NCBI GenBank assembly: GCA_036559585.1
Contig: DATBSU010000029.1
Coordinates: 239-64,238, forward strand
Direction of reading: 5' to 3'
Length of the DNA: 64,000 bases
DNA from: Methyloceanibacter sp.
GTDB lineage: Bacteria; Pseudomonadota; Alphaproteobacteria; Rhizobiales; Methyloligellaceae
A model generated the notes under the pieces. The model saw only the letters and a list, made by a program, of their open reading frames with translations. It made no database searches and had not been told where the DNA came from. Below are positions 53,330 to 63,532 of the stretch, in pieces (position 1 is the stretch's first letter; the number at the start of each line of letters is the position of its first letter). A program made the translations under genes and the position numbers.

Positions 53330-53547
53330 CCCTCACCTCGGTTACGCAAAACGCCAAGCCGCCCCGGCAAATGCCGCCACCCACGACTCGGCTATCAATG
53401 ACAATGTGGTGACAAATCGCACGATGTTCAACAACTCTCTTCGATCTTTTGCGTTCAATGGATGCGTTGACATAAAAAACGCCTGCTGCTTTGAGACGGG
53501 CACGAATTAACGCGCCGTCAAAAGACATGGTGGAGAACGGAGCCAGA

Positions 53548-54174
53548 ATGATGGCCATCACCGATCCACAGTGCGAACTCTACCTCAAGCTTCCGCCCTT
53601 ATTGTCGCGCGAGGTTAAGGCGGCGTTCGAGCAAACGATCGCGAGCGTTGATGTTGCATGCGTTTTGCTTGCGCAAGGTGATACGGCACCGGATTTGGCT
53701 CAAGCGTCTGAAATTGTGCGGCGCACGCAAGAGTTCGGCATCGCAGTGCTGGTGGAAAATGATTCAGAGCTTGCACTTGTCCTCAGTGCCGACGGGCTGC
53801 ACCTTAGCGATGCAGACGAGCGCAGCTACGGGCAAGCCCGGAGCCGCCTCGGTAATGCCGCGATCCTGGGCGTAAGTTGTGGCGACAACCGCCACACCAC
53901 CATGACTCTCGCTGAAATGGGTGCCGATTACATCGCCTTTGGAGGAGCGCCCGTCGCCGGCGAGCAGCGCGCCGAGCTAATCGCCTGGTGGAGCGAGATC
54001 TTTCAGGTGCCTTGTGTTGCCCTCGATGTCGACGATGCGGACGAGGCGTCGCGCCTGGTAGAATTGGGCGCAGATTTCGTCGCCCCTGCCGCAAGCCTGT
54101 GGCTCGCTGAAGACGCCGCCTCGAAGCTTTCGAAAATCGCCGCTTCGATCACTGAAACCAGGAGCGCGGCGTGA
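53548..54174 (+). CDS. Thiamine-phosphate synthase-like protein (ThiE-like, alphaproteobacterial type)
   Basis: ADGLHL, RH..M.LAE.GADYIAFG, WWSEIFQVPCVA, GADFVA. Confidence 0.85.
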   Translation: MMAITDPQCELYLKLPPLLSREVKAAFEQTIASVDVACVLLAQGDTAPDLAQASEIVRRTQEFGIAVLVENDSELALVLSADGLHLSDADERSYGQARSRLGNAAILGVSCGDNRHTTMTLAEMGADYIAFGGAPVAGEQRAELIAWWSEIFQVPCVALDVDDADEASRLVELGADFVAPAASLWLAEDAASKLSKIAASITETRSAA

Positions 54175-55085
54175 AGCGCGGGAATGCGCAATACGCCGTC
54201 TTTGGCCTGGCGGTCGCGCTCGCGCTTACGTCGTCTCCGGCGAAACCTGAGGAGAGCGCGTCCTACAATGCCTATTTCCAGGGGAAGTACCTGACCGCGC
54301 TGAAGCTCGCGGAACAAGAAGCGCAAAGCGGCTCCAAAGAAGCCTACACTTTGATGGGCGAGATCTATTCCGAAGGTCTTGGCGTCGCGCAGGATTTCAG
54401 CAAGGCCGCCGAGGCCTATACCAAGGCCGCCGCGCTCGGAGACTCCAACGCCCAGTTCTCGCTTGGTACGTTCGCAGCCGAGGGGCGCGGCATGCCGAAG
54501 GATATGAGCAAGGCCGCAGATCTGTTCGAGCAAGCCGCCAAGAACGGCAACCCGGCGGCGCAATATAATCTTGCCATGGTCTATCTCAATGGCAAGGGCC
54601 GCCCCGCCGACGAGGCCAAGGCGGTCGAGTGGATGCAGAAGGCGGCTGAGCAGGGCAACGCCTCGGCCGAGTACGACCTTGGCGCCTTCTATCAATTCGG
54701 CCGTGGCGTCACCGCGGACAAGGCCAAAGCCGCGGAATGGACGGGAAAGGCCGCAGAGGCCGGCTTGCCCGAGGCCGAAGTCGAATATGGCGTCATGCTG
54801 TTCAAAGGCGAAGGCATCGCCGTCGACGAGCAGCGCGCGGCAAAATTCTTCAGGCTCTCGGCCGAAGCCGGCAATCCGGTCGGCCAGAACCGGCTTGCAC
54901 GTCTCTATGCCAATGGCGTGGTAGTCGAAGCCGACCCCGTTCAGGCCGCCAAGTGGCATCTCCTGGCGCGCGAGGCCGGCGTCAGCGATTTTGACCTCGA
55001 TCTCGCGCTCGCCAAGCTCTCCAAAGACCAACGCGCGGCCGCAGAAAGAGCCGCCGACAACTGGCGCGAAGGCATGAGCGATTAG
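54171..55085 (+). CDS. Sel1-repeat secreted protein
   Basis: Repeated AQ.NLA..Y..G.G...D...A..W..KAAEQG units. Confidence 0.93.
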   Translation: MKRGNAQYAVFGLAVALALTSSPAKPEESASYNAYFQGKYLTALKLAEQEAQSGSKEAYTLMGEIYSEGLGVAQDFSKAAEAYTKAAALGDSNAQFSLGTFAAEGRGMPKDMSKAADLFEQAAKNGNPAAQYNLAMVYLNGKGRPADEAKAVEWMQKAAEQGNASAEYDLGAFYQFGRGVTADKAKAAEWTGKAAEAGLPEAEVEYGVMLFKGEGIAVDEQRAAKFFRLSAEAGNPVGQNRLARLYANGVVVEADPVQAAKWHLLAREAGVSDFDLDLALAKLSKDQRAAAERAADNWREGMSD

Positions 55086-55186
55086 TCAAATTGCGGTGCT
55101 GACCTCTGCTCCTGGCACCTTGACAGTCATGGGCGCCCACGTCCAAAACTCGCCCACGCCAAATTCCTCGAAAATCAAGGCATTCC

Positions 55187-55750
55187 ATGAAAATCAACGG
55201 CAACGAGATCCGGCCCGGCAACGTCATCGAGCATAAAGGCTCGCTCTGGGTCGCGGTCCGAGCCCAAGCGGTCAAACCCGGTAAAGGGCCGGCCTACGCG
55301 CAAGTCGAGCTGAAAAACGCCCTCGACGGCACCAAGCTGAACGAGCGCTTCCGCGCCTCTGAAACCGTGGAGCGGGTCCGCCTCGAGCAAAAGGACTATC
55401 AATATCTTTTTGCCGAAGGCGACATGCTCACCTTCATGGATACTGAGAGCTACGAGCAGATTCAGATTCGGCGGGACTTCCTCGAGGAGCGCGCCGCCTT
55501 CTTGCAAGACGGTATGATGGTCACGGTCGAGAGTCACGACGGCCGTCCCATCAACGTGTCGCTTCCCGATCAGGTCACCCTCGAAGTGGTCGAGGCCGAC
55601 CCCGTGGTGAAGGGCCAGACTGCCGCGTCGTCCTATAAGCCTGCCAAGCTCGATAACGGTGTGCGCATTCTCGTACCCCCCTTCATCGAGGCCGGCACCC
55701 GCGTCGTCGTCGACACCAACGAACTCACTTACGTGCGCCGCGCCGATTAG
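55187..55750 (+). CDS. efp: Elongation factor P
   Basis: [22 protein letters not shown]. Confidence 0.98.
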   Translation: MKINGNEIRPGNVIEHKGSLWVAVRAQAVKPGKGPAYAQVELKNALDGTKLNERFRASETVERVRLEQKDYQYLFAEGDMLTFMDTESYEQIQIRRDFLEERAAFLQDGMMVTVESHDGRPINVSLPDQVTLEVVEADPVVKGQTAASSYKPAKLDNGVRILVPPFIEAGTRVVVDTNELTYVRRAD

Positions 55751-55798
55751 CGTGCCCTCATTCCCGCCTGACGCGGGCACGACCAGAAAGTCGCAACG

Positions 55799-56599
55799 AT
55801 GCCCGCTTCAGCGCTGATGAATGTGATGCTCGGCGCCGCGCGTAAAGCCGGCCGCAGCCTTGCACGCGACTTTGGCGAGGTCGCACAACTGCAGGTCTCG
55901 ATCAAAGGCCCCGCCAATTTCGTCACTGCCGCCGATCATCGCGCCGAGGAGATTATTTTCAACGAGCTTTCCCGCGCCAGACCCGGTTACGGCTTCCTCA
56001 TGGAGGAACGCGGCGAAGTAAAGGGCGCGGACGCGACCCACCGCTTCATCGTCGATCCACTCGACGGCACCACCAATTTCCTGCACGGGATTCCGCTGTT
56101 TGCCATTTCGATCGCGCTCGAACGCGAAGGCGAGCTGGTCGCGGGCCTCATCTACTGTCCTGCCAGCAACGAGACCTTCACCGCAGAGAAGGGCAAGGGC
56201 GCGCATCTTAACGACCGCCGCATCAGAGTGGCGGCACGGACCGACATCTCGGATTGCGTCATCGTCACCGGTGCACCGCATCGCGGCAAGCCTGACCATG
56301 ACGGTTTTCTCGATGAAGCCCGCGCCGTCATGGCGGTAAGCTCGGGGCTTCGGCGCACCGGCGCCGCCTCGCTCGATCTCGCCTGGATTGCGGCAGGCCG
56401 CTTCGACGGCTATTGGGAGCGCAATTTGAAGCCTTGGGATCTCGCCGCCGGCATCGTCATTGTCAGAGAAGCGGGTGGCTACATCACCGACGCGAGCGGT
56501 CGTGAGCGTGTTTTGGACGATGGCAGCGTGATGGCCGGCAACGAGGCGATCCACCGCCAGCTCCTGAAGCTGATCAAGTCGGCCACAAAGTCACCCTGA
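55799..56599 (+). CDS. suhB: Inositol monophosphatase family protein
   Basis: DPLDGTTNF, GAASLDL, PWDLAAG. Confidence 0.93.
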   Translation: MPASALMNVMLGAARKAGRSLARDFGEVAQLQVSIKGPANFVTAADHRAEEIIFNELSRARPGYGFLMEERGEVKGADATHRFIVDPLDGTTNFLHGIPLFAISIALEREGELVAGLIYCPASNETFTAEKGKGAHLNDRRIRVAARTDISDCVIVTGAPHRGKPDHDGFLDEARAVMAVSSGLRRTGAASLDLAWIAAGRFDGYWERNLKPWDLAAGIVIVREAGGYITDASGRERVLDDGSVMAGNEAIHRQLLKLIKSATKSP

Positions 56600-56767
56600 C
56601 ATTGCCGGGAAGAGTCCCCATAGCCACGGCAGCTTGGCCGCTATATTTTCGCTCCACGGATCAACTTCCGTGTGTACTGCCCTGAGGTTGCCGTTTTGCA
56701 TGTCATAGTATTCGGCTAATCTCTGGCCGACTCTTTTACCTCGCAACGAGACGCTAGGACTTCGCTC

Positions 56768-57811
56768 ATGGCAGCAATTGCAGCGACCCCGTCCGACTAC
56801 AAGGCCAAACTCACCAAGCCGCAAGTCTTCCTTTGGCGCATGACGCTGTTCTTGGTTCTCGCAGGACTCCTGGCCATCGTCGTCGACGGTCAGACTCAGC
56901 AGCTACGGAACAGCTTCTTCGCCAATCCGGGGCTGAATACCCTTATCATCGGCGTGCTTCTCGTCGGCATCGTCTATTCCTTCCGGCAGGTCTTGCGGCT
57001 CTATCCCGAGATCCGCTGGGTCAACAATTTCCGCATCTCCGATCCCGGCATCACCGTCGACAAGCAGCCGGTACTGCTGGCGCCGATGGCCACCATGCTG
57101 CGCGACCGCACCGGCCATTTGGCGCTGCATACCGGCGCCATGCGCTCGCTGCTCGATTCGGTGGCCTCGCGCCTCGACGAGCAGCGCGAAACCACCCGTT
57201 ATCTGGTCGGCCTCTTGGTCTTTCTCGGCCTGCTCGGCACCTTTTGGGGCCTGCTGCAGACCGTAAGCTCGGTGGGCTCGGCCATCGGCGCCCTCGATAC
57301 CAATGGCGGCGAGAGCACCATGCTGTTCGACCAGCTGAAAGAAGGCTTGGCGGCGCCGCTAAAGGGCATGGGCACCGCCTTCTCCTGCTCGATGTTCGGC
57401 CTCGCCGGCTCTCTGATCTTGGGCTTTCTCGATCTGCAAGCCGGCCACGCCCAGAGCCGCTTTTATAATGAGCTTGAAGATTGGCTCTCCAGCATCACCG
57501 AGCTGCAATCGGCGGAAGGCGCCCCCGCATCCTCCCTGCCGCCGCAGCTCCGCTTCGCGCTGCTCGACATGCAGCGCTCGCTCGCGGATTTGGGCGAGAA
57601 GGTGGACACCCGCGTACTCAACGACAATACCGGCACCGCGGTGAAAGACTTGGCGCAAGGCGTGGACAAGCTGATCCGCCAAATGCGCGCCGAGCAAAAA
57701 GTCGTGCGCGAATGGGCCGATGAGCAGGCGCAACACCAGCATGAGCTTGCCAGCGTGCTCCGGCAAATCACCGACAAGGCAAAATTGCCGGCGCGCGAGG
57801 AGCGCAGTTAG
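56768..57811 (+). CDS. MotA/TolQ/ExbB-family membrane protein
   Basis: LGLLGTFWGL, GMGTAF..S.FGL; conserved rhizobial gene after suhB. Confidence 0.88.
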   Translation: MAAIAATPSDYKAKLTKPQVFLWRMTLFLVLAGLLAIVVDGQTQQLRNSFFANPGLNTLIIGVLLVGIVYSFRQVLRLYPEIRWVNNFRISDPGITVDKQPVLLAPMATMLRDRTGHLALHTGAMRSLLDSVASRLDEQRETTRYLVGLLVFLGLLGTFWGLLQTVSSVGSAIGALDTNGGESTMLFDQLKEGLAAPLKGMGTAFSCSMFGLAGSLILGFLDLQAGHAQSRFYNELEDWLSSITELQSAEGAPASSLPPQLRFALLDMQRSLADLGEKVDTRVLNDNTGTAVKDLAQGVDKLIRQMRAEQKVVREWADEQAQHQHELASVLRQITDKAKLPAREERS

Positions 57812-57813
57812 CG

Positions 57814-58839
57814 ATGGCTCTTGCTCGCCGTCGCCGGCCTCAGGCCGCGAATTATTGGCCGGGCTTCGTCGACATGCTCTCCACCCTGCTCCTGGTGGTG
57901 ACCTTCCTCATGTCGCTGTTCATGCTCTCGAGCTATTTTATCACCCAGCAGACCAGCGGCAAGGACACCATGCTGTCGCGGCTGAACCGCCAGCTGTCGC
58001 AGCTGACCGAGTTGCTCGCGCTCGAACGCTCCAAGAGCGAGTCCACCGAGGATAGTCTCGCCGCGCTGCAAGCGACGCTCGCCGACAAAGAGAAAGAGAA
58101 TGCGCGCCTAACCGGCATGATGGGCGAGCAAGGCGGCAAGACTGAGAATGCCGAAGCCAAGGCGACCCAACTCGGCGGCGAGCTCGAACAGCAAAAGCAA
58201 ATCACCAACGACGCGCTGGCCAAGGTCGAGATCCTGAACCAGCAGCTCGCGGCGTTGCGGCTACAGCTTGCCTCGCTGCAGGAGGCGCTCGATGCCTCCG
58301 AGGCGAAGGACAAGGACAGCCAGGCCAAGATCGCCGATCTCGGCCAGAGGCTGAACGTAGCCTTGGCGAAGAAAGTGCAGGAGCTCGCCCGCTACCGCTC
58401 CGACTTTTTCGGCAAGCTGAGAGAGGCGCTCGGCAGTCGCGCCGACTTCCAAGTCGTCGGCGACCGCTTCGTGTTTCCCTCCGACGTGCTGTTCGATTCA
58501 GGCTCTGCGGTGCTGAAACCTGAAGCCACCGACCAACTCGATAAGCTTGGCGCCGCCTTGAAAGAGCTCGAGACCAAGATCCCGCCGGATATTGGCTGGG
58601 TCATGCGCATCGATGGCCATACCGACATCCACCCGATTGCCACCTCGGAATTTCCCTCCAATTGGGAGCTGTCCTCCGCCCGCGCCATCTCGGTCGTGCG
58701 CTATCTGATGGGACAGGGCATCCCGGCCAACCGGCTGGTCGCGGCGGGCTTCGGTGAGTTCCAGCCGATCGATTCCGGCACTGACGATAACGCACTCGCC
58801 AAGAACCGACGCATCGAGCTGAAACTCACCGAGCGGTAG
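57814..58839 (+). CDS. MotB/OmpA-like peptidoglycan-binding protein
   Basis: WPGFVD, coiled coil, GHTD, SNWELSSARA, NRRIE. Confidence 0.9.
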   Translation: MALARRRRPQAANYWPGFVDMLSTLLLVVTFLMSLFMLSSYFITQQTSGKDTMLSRLNRQLSQLTELLALERSKSESTEDSLAALQATLADKEKENARLTGMMGEQGGKTENAEAKATQLGGELEQQKQITNDALAKVEILNQQLAALRLQLASLQEALDASEAKDKDSQAKIADLGQRLNVALAKKVQELARYRSDFFGKLREALGSRADFQVVGDRFVFPSDVLFDSGSAVLKPEATDQLDKLGAALKELETKIPPDIGWVMRIDGHTDIHPIATSEFPSNWELSSARAISVVRYLMGQGIPANRLVAAGFGEFQPIDSGTDDNALAKNRRIELKLTER

Positions 58840-58847
58840 CGCCCAAT

Positions 58848-59537
58848 CTATCTCTCTGCCACGGGCGCCGCGACGTTGACGATCTGCACGCGGCGGTTCT
58901 CGCCCGAGAACGGGCTATAGGGATTCTTCAGCTGCTCCTCGCCGAAGCCGAGCGTGATCAGGCTCTCCTGATCGATATGGAAATTGGAGACCAGGAATCG
59001 CTTCACGGCTTCCGCCCGCGCATTCGATAGCTCGAGATTGTAGTAATCGGAGCCGCGTGCGTCGGTGTGGCCTGCAATCAGGAATGAGCTGCCTCTGAGC
59101 TCGGGATCGGACAAAGCCTGGCCGAGCGTGATCAGTTTCGGCAGCGCCTCTGACAAGATCGTCGAGGAGTCGTAGGCAAAGAACACTTCGACATCGATCG
59201 AAGGCAGGTCGTCGTGCCGCACCACCTCGATCACCTTCTTGCGCTCCTCCACGGTGATCCGACGTGAATCGTGGCTCAGATGGCGAAGCTCATGCGAAAA
59301 TCGATGATGTGATGGCGAGGAGGCGGACGGAGCCGATTGCACGCTGCTCGACGGCGCGCTGCCGGAAGGACGGGCTGCCTTCTCGGCTGCCCGCTCCTGA
59401 AGCCTGAAACTCGGCTTGGCTTTGAGCGATTTGACCATCTGGTCCTTGCTCATGTCCTCGGCTAGAGCGCTTTGCACGCCGAAGCTCGCGAATGAGCAGA
59501 TCACGAGACCGCACACAATGTTCCGGACGCTTGTCAT
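58848..59537 (-). CDS. OmpA-family periplasmic protein
   Basis: Signal peptide; F.YDS, GHTDARGS..YN..LS..RA, GFGE, ENRRV. Confidence 0.9.
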   Translation of the reverse strand: MTSVRNIVCGLVICSFASFGVQSALAEDMSKDQMVKSLKAKPSFRLQERAAEKAARPSGSAPSSSVQSAPSASSPSHHRFSHELRHLSHDSRRITVEERKKVIEVVRHDDLPSIDVEVFFAYDSSTILSEALPKLITLGQALSDPELRGSSFLIAGHTDARGSDYYNLELSNARAEAVKRFLVSNFHIDQESLITLGFGEEQLKNPYSPFSGENRRVQIVNVAAPVAER

Positions 59538-59623
59538 GGGGGAGTCTCCTCAAATGCCTTTCGTCTCTGTTGCTCTCGGCACTGCGCCCTGCCCCCAGCC
59601 AAAGACGCCGCGCCAGATAACCT

Positions 59624-60379
59624 TTATTGCTCCGGTGGCGCATCCTCGCCCTCGCCTTCGGGCGGTGGCGCGTCTTCCGCACCCGGAGCGTCCTCAGCCG
59701 GCTCGTCCTTAGCCTTTGGTTCGGCAGGCGGAGCGGCGGGGGCTTGCGCCTTCTCGGCCACATCTTTGTTCGCCATGTTGACCACCTGCACGCGGCGGTT
59801 CTCGCCCGCATCGGGATCTTCCGGGTTCTTCAGCTGCTCTTCACCAAACCCGACCGCGACCAGCTGATCCGGCGCGATGTGATATTTTTTGATCAGGAAT
59901 TCGCGAACCGAGCGCGCGCGCGCATTGGAAAGGCCGAGATTATAGTCGGCGCTGCCATGCGCATCGGTATGGCCGGCGACCATGAACACTGAGCCTTTGA
60001 GCTTGTCGCTATTGAGCGCCGCACCGAGCTTGTCCAGGATCGGGAGCGCCTCGCCGGTGATGGCGGCGGAGTCGTAGTCGAAGAAGACTTCGAGATCGAT
60101 GGCCGGAAGATCGTTCTCCTTGACCACGTTGGCGATCTCTTTCCGCTCCTCGACGGTGATCTGCCTTGTCTTCATGCCGCGCAGCTTGGTGACGAGCTGC
60201 TCTTGCTTCTGCTCACGCTGCGCTTGGCCCGGGTCGAAGGAGCGGAACTTCGTGGCTTTACCCTGCAGCGAATTGATGATCTGCGCGGCGGACGGGTCTT
60301 CGGCCTTGGCCGGAACCGTCGCCAGCATCAGAAGCGACGATAGAAGCGTCGCGCTAAACATACGACCTACGGCTCTCAT
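59624..60379 (-). CDS. OmpA-family periplasmic protein (paralog)
   Basis: GAGGAG RBS; same motifs; acidic Pro-rich tail. Confidence 0.9.
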   Translation of the reverse strand: MRAVGRMFSATLLSSLLMLATVPAKAEDPSAAQIINSLQGKATKFRSFDPGQAQREQKQEQLVTKLRGMKTRQITVEERKEIANVVKENDLPAIDLEVFFDYDSAAITGEALPILDKLGAALNSDKLKGSVFMVAGHTDAHGSADYNLGLSNARARSVREFLIKKYHIAPDQLVAVGFGEEQLKNPEDPDAGENRRVQVVNMANKDVAEKAQAPAAPPAEPKAKDEPAEDAPGAEDAPPPEGEGEDAPPEQ

Positions 60380-60482
60380 GGCCCTCTCCTCGGCTGTCAC
60401 ATTCGGCTGACTGGCAGAAAAGCAAAGTCTAGCTGAACCGGGGCTGAACGTCAGGACCAGGAAACAGCAAGAATCGGGGGTA

Positions 60483-62306
60483 TTACTCGGCGGCGTCCGG
60501 GGCGAATTGCAGCTCAGCCAGCCGCTGATAAAGGCCGCCTTTGCCGAGCAGGCTCCGATGCGTGCCCTCTTCCACCAGGCGCCCCTTATCGACCACCAGG
60601 ATACGGTCGGCCTCCGTTACCGTCGCCAGCCGATGCGCAATCACGAGCGTGGTGCGGCCTTTCATGATGCCGTCGAGCGCGCGCTGCACCAGGGTTTCGC
60701 TTTCCGCATCGAGTGCGCTTGTGGCCTCGTCCAGCAGCAGGATCGGCGCGTTCCGCAACACGGCGCGCGCAATCGCGATCCGCTGCCGTTGTCCCGCTGA
60801 TAGAGTGACGCCCCGCTCGCCAAGCATGGTGGCGTAGCCTTGCGGTAGCGCCACGATGAAATCATGGGCGAACGCGGCTCGCGCCGCTTGCTCGATCTCG
60901 TCCTTGGTGGCAGCCGCCGCGCCATAGGCGATATTGGCGGCGACGCTGTCGGCAAACAGCTCCGTCTCTTGCGGCACGATGGCGAAGCGTGAGCGAAGCT
61001 CGGTGAGATCGGCCTCGCTGACATTCACGCCGTCGACGGTGACGTCACCGGAATCGACGTCATAGAACCGCAGCAGAAGCGCAAAGATGGTGGTCTTGCC
61101 GGCGCCTGATGGTCCCACGATCGCGACCCTCTCGCCTTTCGCCGCTTCGAAGCTTACGCCCTTCAGCGCGCTCGTCTCGGGCCTGAGCGGATAAGAAAAC
61201 ACGACATTCTCGAACGCGATCTCGCCGCGCGGCGGCGAGGGCAGCTTCTTGGGATGGAGCGGCGATTTGATCTTGGTCTCGATCGAAAGCAATTCCGCTA
61301 GCCGCTCGGCGGCGCCCGCAGCCTGGCTGACCTCGCCCCAAACCTCGCTAAGCTCGCCGACGGCGGCAGCCGCCAGCAGCGCATAGAGCACGAATTGGCT
61401 GAGTCGGCCGCCCGTCATCGCTCCGGACAGCACGTCTTGCGCGCCATACCACAGCACGCCCACCACACTCGCCACCACGAGGAAAATGGCAATGCCGGTC
61501 AATCCGGCGCGCGCCTTGGCCCGTGCATCAGCTGCGGCAAAGGACCGCTCGACCGCCTCACCGAAACGCTTGGTCACGGCGCCTTCTTGCGTGAAGGCTT
61601 GCAGCACCCGCAATTGCCCAAGGCTCTCGGAGGCGTAGGCCGACGCGTTGGCGAGCGTATCTTGCGCCTCGCGCGACAGCGCGCGCACGGCGCGTCCATA
61701 GGCCACCAGCGGCAGCACGATAACAGGAATTGCGATCAGAACCGCGAGCGACAATTTCGGGCTTGTCACCACCATCAGGCTGCAAGCACCGATCAGGATG
61801 AGAAGATTGCGCAACGCTTGCGAGATCACCGTGCCGGCCGCCGCCTTGACTTGGGTGGTGTCGGCGGTGAGCCGCGACATCACCTCGCCGGAATGCGCAG
61901 TCTCATAAAATGCGGGGCTTAGTCCCGTAAGGTGCCTGAACACGTCGCGGCGCATATCGGCGACCACGCGCTCGCCCAGCCAATTGACGCAATAGAACCG
62001 CGCCGCGCTCGCCAGCGCCAAAATCAGACCGACCCCCACCAGCGTGGCGAAATATTTGTCGATGAGGTCAGGCTCGATACCGGAGAAGCCGAGATCGATC
62101 ATGCGCCGCACGGCGAGCGGGATGGCGAGCGTGGCGGCGGCCGAGATCAGAAGCGCTAAAAGCGCCGCGCTAAGCATGCCTTTATGGCGCGCCAGATAAG
62201 GTTTCAGCGCGGACAGGGGCTTCAGCGAAGGGCGTGGGCCCTTTGCATTGGCGCGCGGGCCCGCCTCTACATCGAGGCCATTCGGCTTTGAACTCTGAAG
62301 CTGCAC
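60483..62306 (-). CDS. ABC exporter, fused permease/ATPase (MsbA-like family)
   Basis: TM domain; GPSGAGKT, LSAGQRQR, LLDEATSALD, IAHRL. Confidence 0.93.
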   Translation of the reverse strand: MQLQSSKPNGLDVEAGPRANAKGPRPSLKPLSALKPYLARHKGMLSAALLALLISAAATLAIPLAVRRMIDLGFSGIEPDLIDKYFATLVGVGLILALASAARFYCVNWLGERVVADMRRDVFRHLTGLSPAFYETAHSGEVMSRLTADTTQVKAAAGTVISQALRNLLILIGACSLMVVTSPKLSLAVLIAIPVIVLPLVAYGRAVRALSREAQDTLANASAYASESLGQLRVLQAFTQEGAVTKRFGEAVERSFAAADARAKARAGLTGIAIFLVVASVVGVLWYGAQDVLSGAMTGGRLSQFVLYALLAAAAVGELSEVWGEVSQAAGAAERLAELLSIETKIKSPLHPKKLPSPPRGEIAFENVVFSYPLRPETSALKGVSFEAAKGERVAIVGPSGAGKTTIFALLLRFYDVDSGDVTVDGVNVSEADLTELRSRFAIVPQETELFADSVAANIAYGAAAATKDEIEQAARAAFAHDFIVALPQGYATMLGERGVTLSAGQRQRIAIARAVLRNAPILLLDEATSALDAESETLVQRALDGIMKGRTTLVIAHRLATVTEADRILVVDKGRLVEEGTHRSLLGKGGLYQRLAELQFAPDAAE

Positions 62307-62468
62307 TTTTCTTGGCCCAGCGTAACGAAGGGGCGGACTTTACGGGGATGAGGCGCCTACGGGAAGGCCCAGCCCTTGCGCCTTTCCGGCGCAGCCTTGT
62401 GCCCTGGACGAACTTCCGTTATACGCTGGCGCAAAGTCATCCTCCCCACTTTGAAGCGAGCTTTTGCC

Positions 62469-62690
62469 ATGAAAAAGGACATTCATCCCAAGTATCACCA
62501 GATCAAAGTGGTGATGACCGACGGCACCGAGTTTACCACGTACTCGACCTACGGTTCCGAGGGCGACACGCTCAAGCTCGATATCGACCCGAAGACGCAT
62601 CCGGCCTGGACCGGTGGCGGTCAGCACCTGACCGACCGTGGCGGCCGCCTAAGCCGCTTCAAGCGGAAATATGAAGGCTTTTTGAAATAG
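62469..62690 (+). CDS. rpmE: 50S ribosomal protein L31 (Cys-free type)
   Basis: [10 protein letters not shown]...[19 protein letters not shown]. Confidence 0.97.
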   Translation: MKKDIHPKYHQIKVVMTDGTEFTTYSTYGSEGDTLKLDIDPKTHPAWTGGGQHLTDRGGRLSRFKRKYEGFLK

Positions 62691-62692
62691 GC

Positions 62693-63229
62693 CTATTCGG
62701 GCTTCGCGCCGAAAGCCGCCTCTAGCCGCGACATCTGGTTTTGTAGGGGATTGCTCGCGCCCGCGCCCGACTGCATGCGGTGGAGCCCGAGCATCTCATC
62801 GAGCCTCACCACGCGATCCTGCAATTTCAGGCTTTGTGCGATCAGATCGCGCAATTTCGGCGGCAGCGCCGACACGTCCCGGTTCGGCTTTTCGGTTCCC
62901 GGCGCCGGCAATTTAATCTTCCGCTGCTCTTCGAGAGCCTGTTCTGGGGTGAGCTCGCCTTCGCTGACGGCGCGGCGGATCAGAAGCCAGGACGCAAGCT
63001 GCATCAGCCGCGTCGTGAGCCGCATGCTCTCGGTGGCATAAGCAAGCGAATGCGGGGGTTTCAATTTGCGCGCTTCTTTACGCCCCTCGCCGTCGAGATA
63101 GGTCGCGGCCGCCTCGACCAGCGCCATGCCTTCGCGAAACACCAGTCTGAATTGATCCGAGCGCGCGAATTTCGCTCCGAAGGAAACCGTGACCGCGTCA
63201 CGACTCCCGCTTCTCGATCGTCCGACCAT
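62693..63229 (-). CDS. rcdA: RcdA / DUF1465 (regulator of CtrA degradation)
   Basis: GMALVE.AA.YLDGEGR, YATESMRLTTRLMQLASWLL. Confidence 0.9.
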   Translation of the reverse strand: MVGRSRSGSRDAVTVSFGAKFARSDQFRLVFREGMALVEAAATYLDGEGRKEARKLKPPHSLAYATESMRLTTRLMQLASWLLIRRAVSEGELTPEQALEEQRKIKLPAPGTEKPNRDVSALPPKLRDLIAQSLKLQDRVVRLDEMLGLHRMQSGAGASNPLQNQMSRLEAAFGAKPE

Positions 63230-63352
63230 GACTGCCCCCTCTACGCCGCACCCCGAAAGTCATATTACGACAATTTGAGAAAAGGTCAGCCGGTTCCGCG
63301 CCCAAATGGTTAACGGCGGCGGCCTTCGCCAAAATACGCGGAGCGTTCGGCC

Positions 63353-63452
63353 AAAAAAAGAGCCGCCTTAAGGCGGCTCAGGAAAGTTAACAGGGAGGCG
63401 TCAAAACCGAGTGGATGTGGCCACTCGATCCAGAGGACTGGATGACTGTGAA
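63353..63452 (-). ncRNA. Alphaproteobacterial sRNA upstream of rcdA (resembles BjrC1505-type family, recalled from memory)
   Basis: Hairpins ATCCAG..CTGGAT and CGAGTGG..CCACTCG; anti-SD-like GACGCCTCCCTGTT; terminator GAGCCGCC-ttaa-GGCGGCTC-T7. Confidence 0.75.
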
Positions 63453-63467
63453 CGTAGCGGCAAACCC

Positions 63468-63482
63468 CTAACAACCGATTAA
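63468..63482. promoter_or_regulatory. CtrA-like box (TTAA-N7-TTAG on minus strand)
   Basis: CTAAcaaccgaTTAA immediately upstream of the sRNA/rcdA unit. Confidence 0.6.
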
Positions 63483-63532
63483 TGCTAAGCCTCAATTTAC
63501 CAATAGCACCGCGTTAACGAATGGCGCCGGTG

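Noticed and set aside
56768-58839. MotA/MotB-like pair as Zorya ZorAB defence or flagellar stator
   Set aside because: Matches the conserved rhizobial pair after efp-suhB; no zorC/D/E or flagellar genes; ZorA-type long tail absent.
62469-62690. Cys-free L31 as a zinc-starvation paralog
   Set aside because: The Cys-free form is the normal single L31 in this group.
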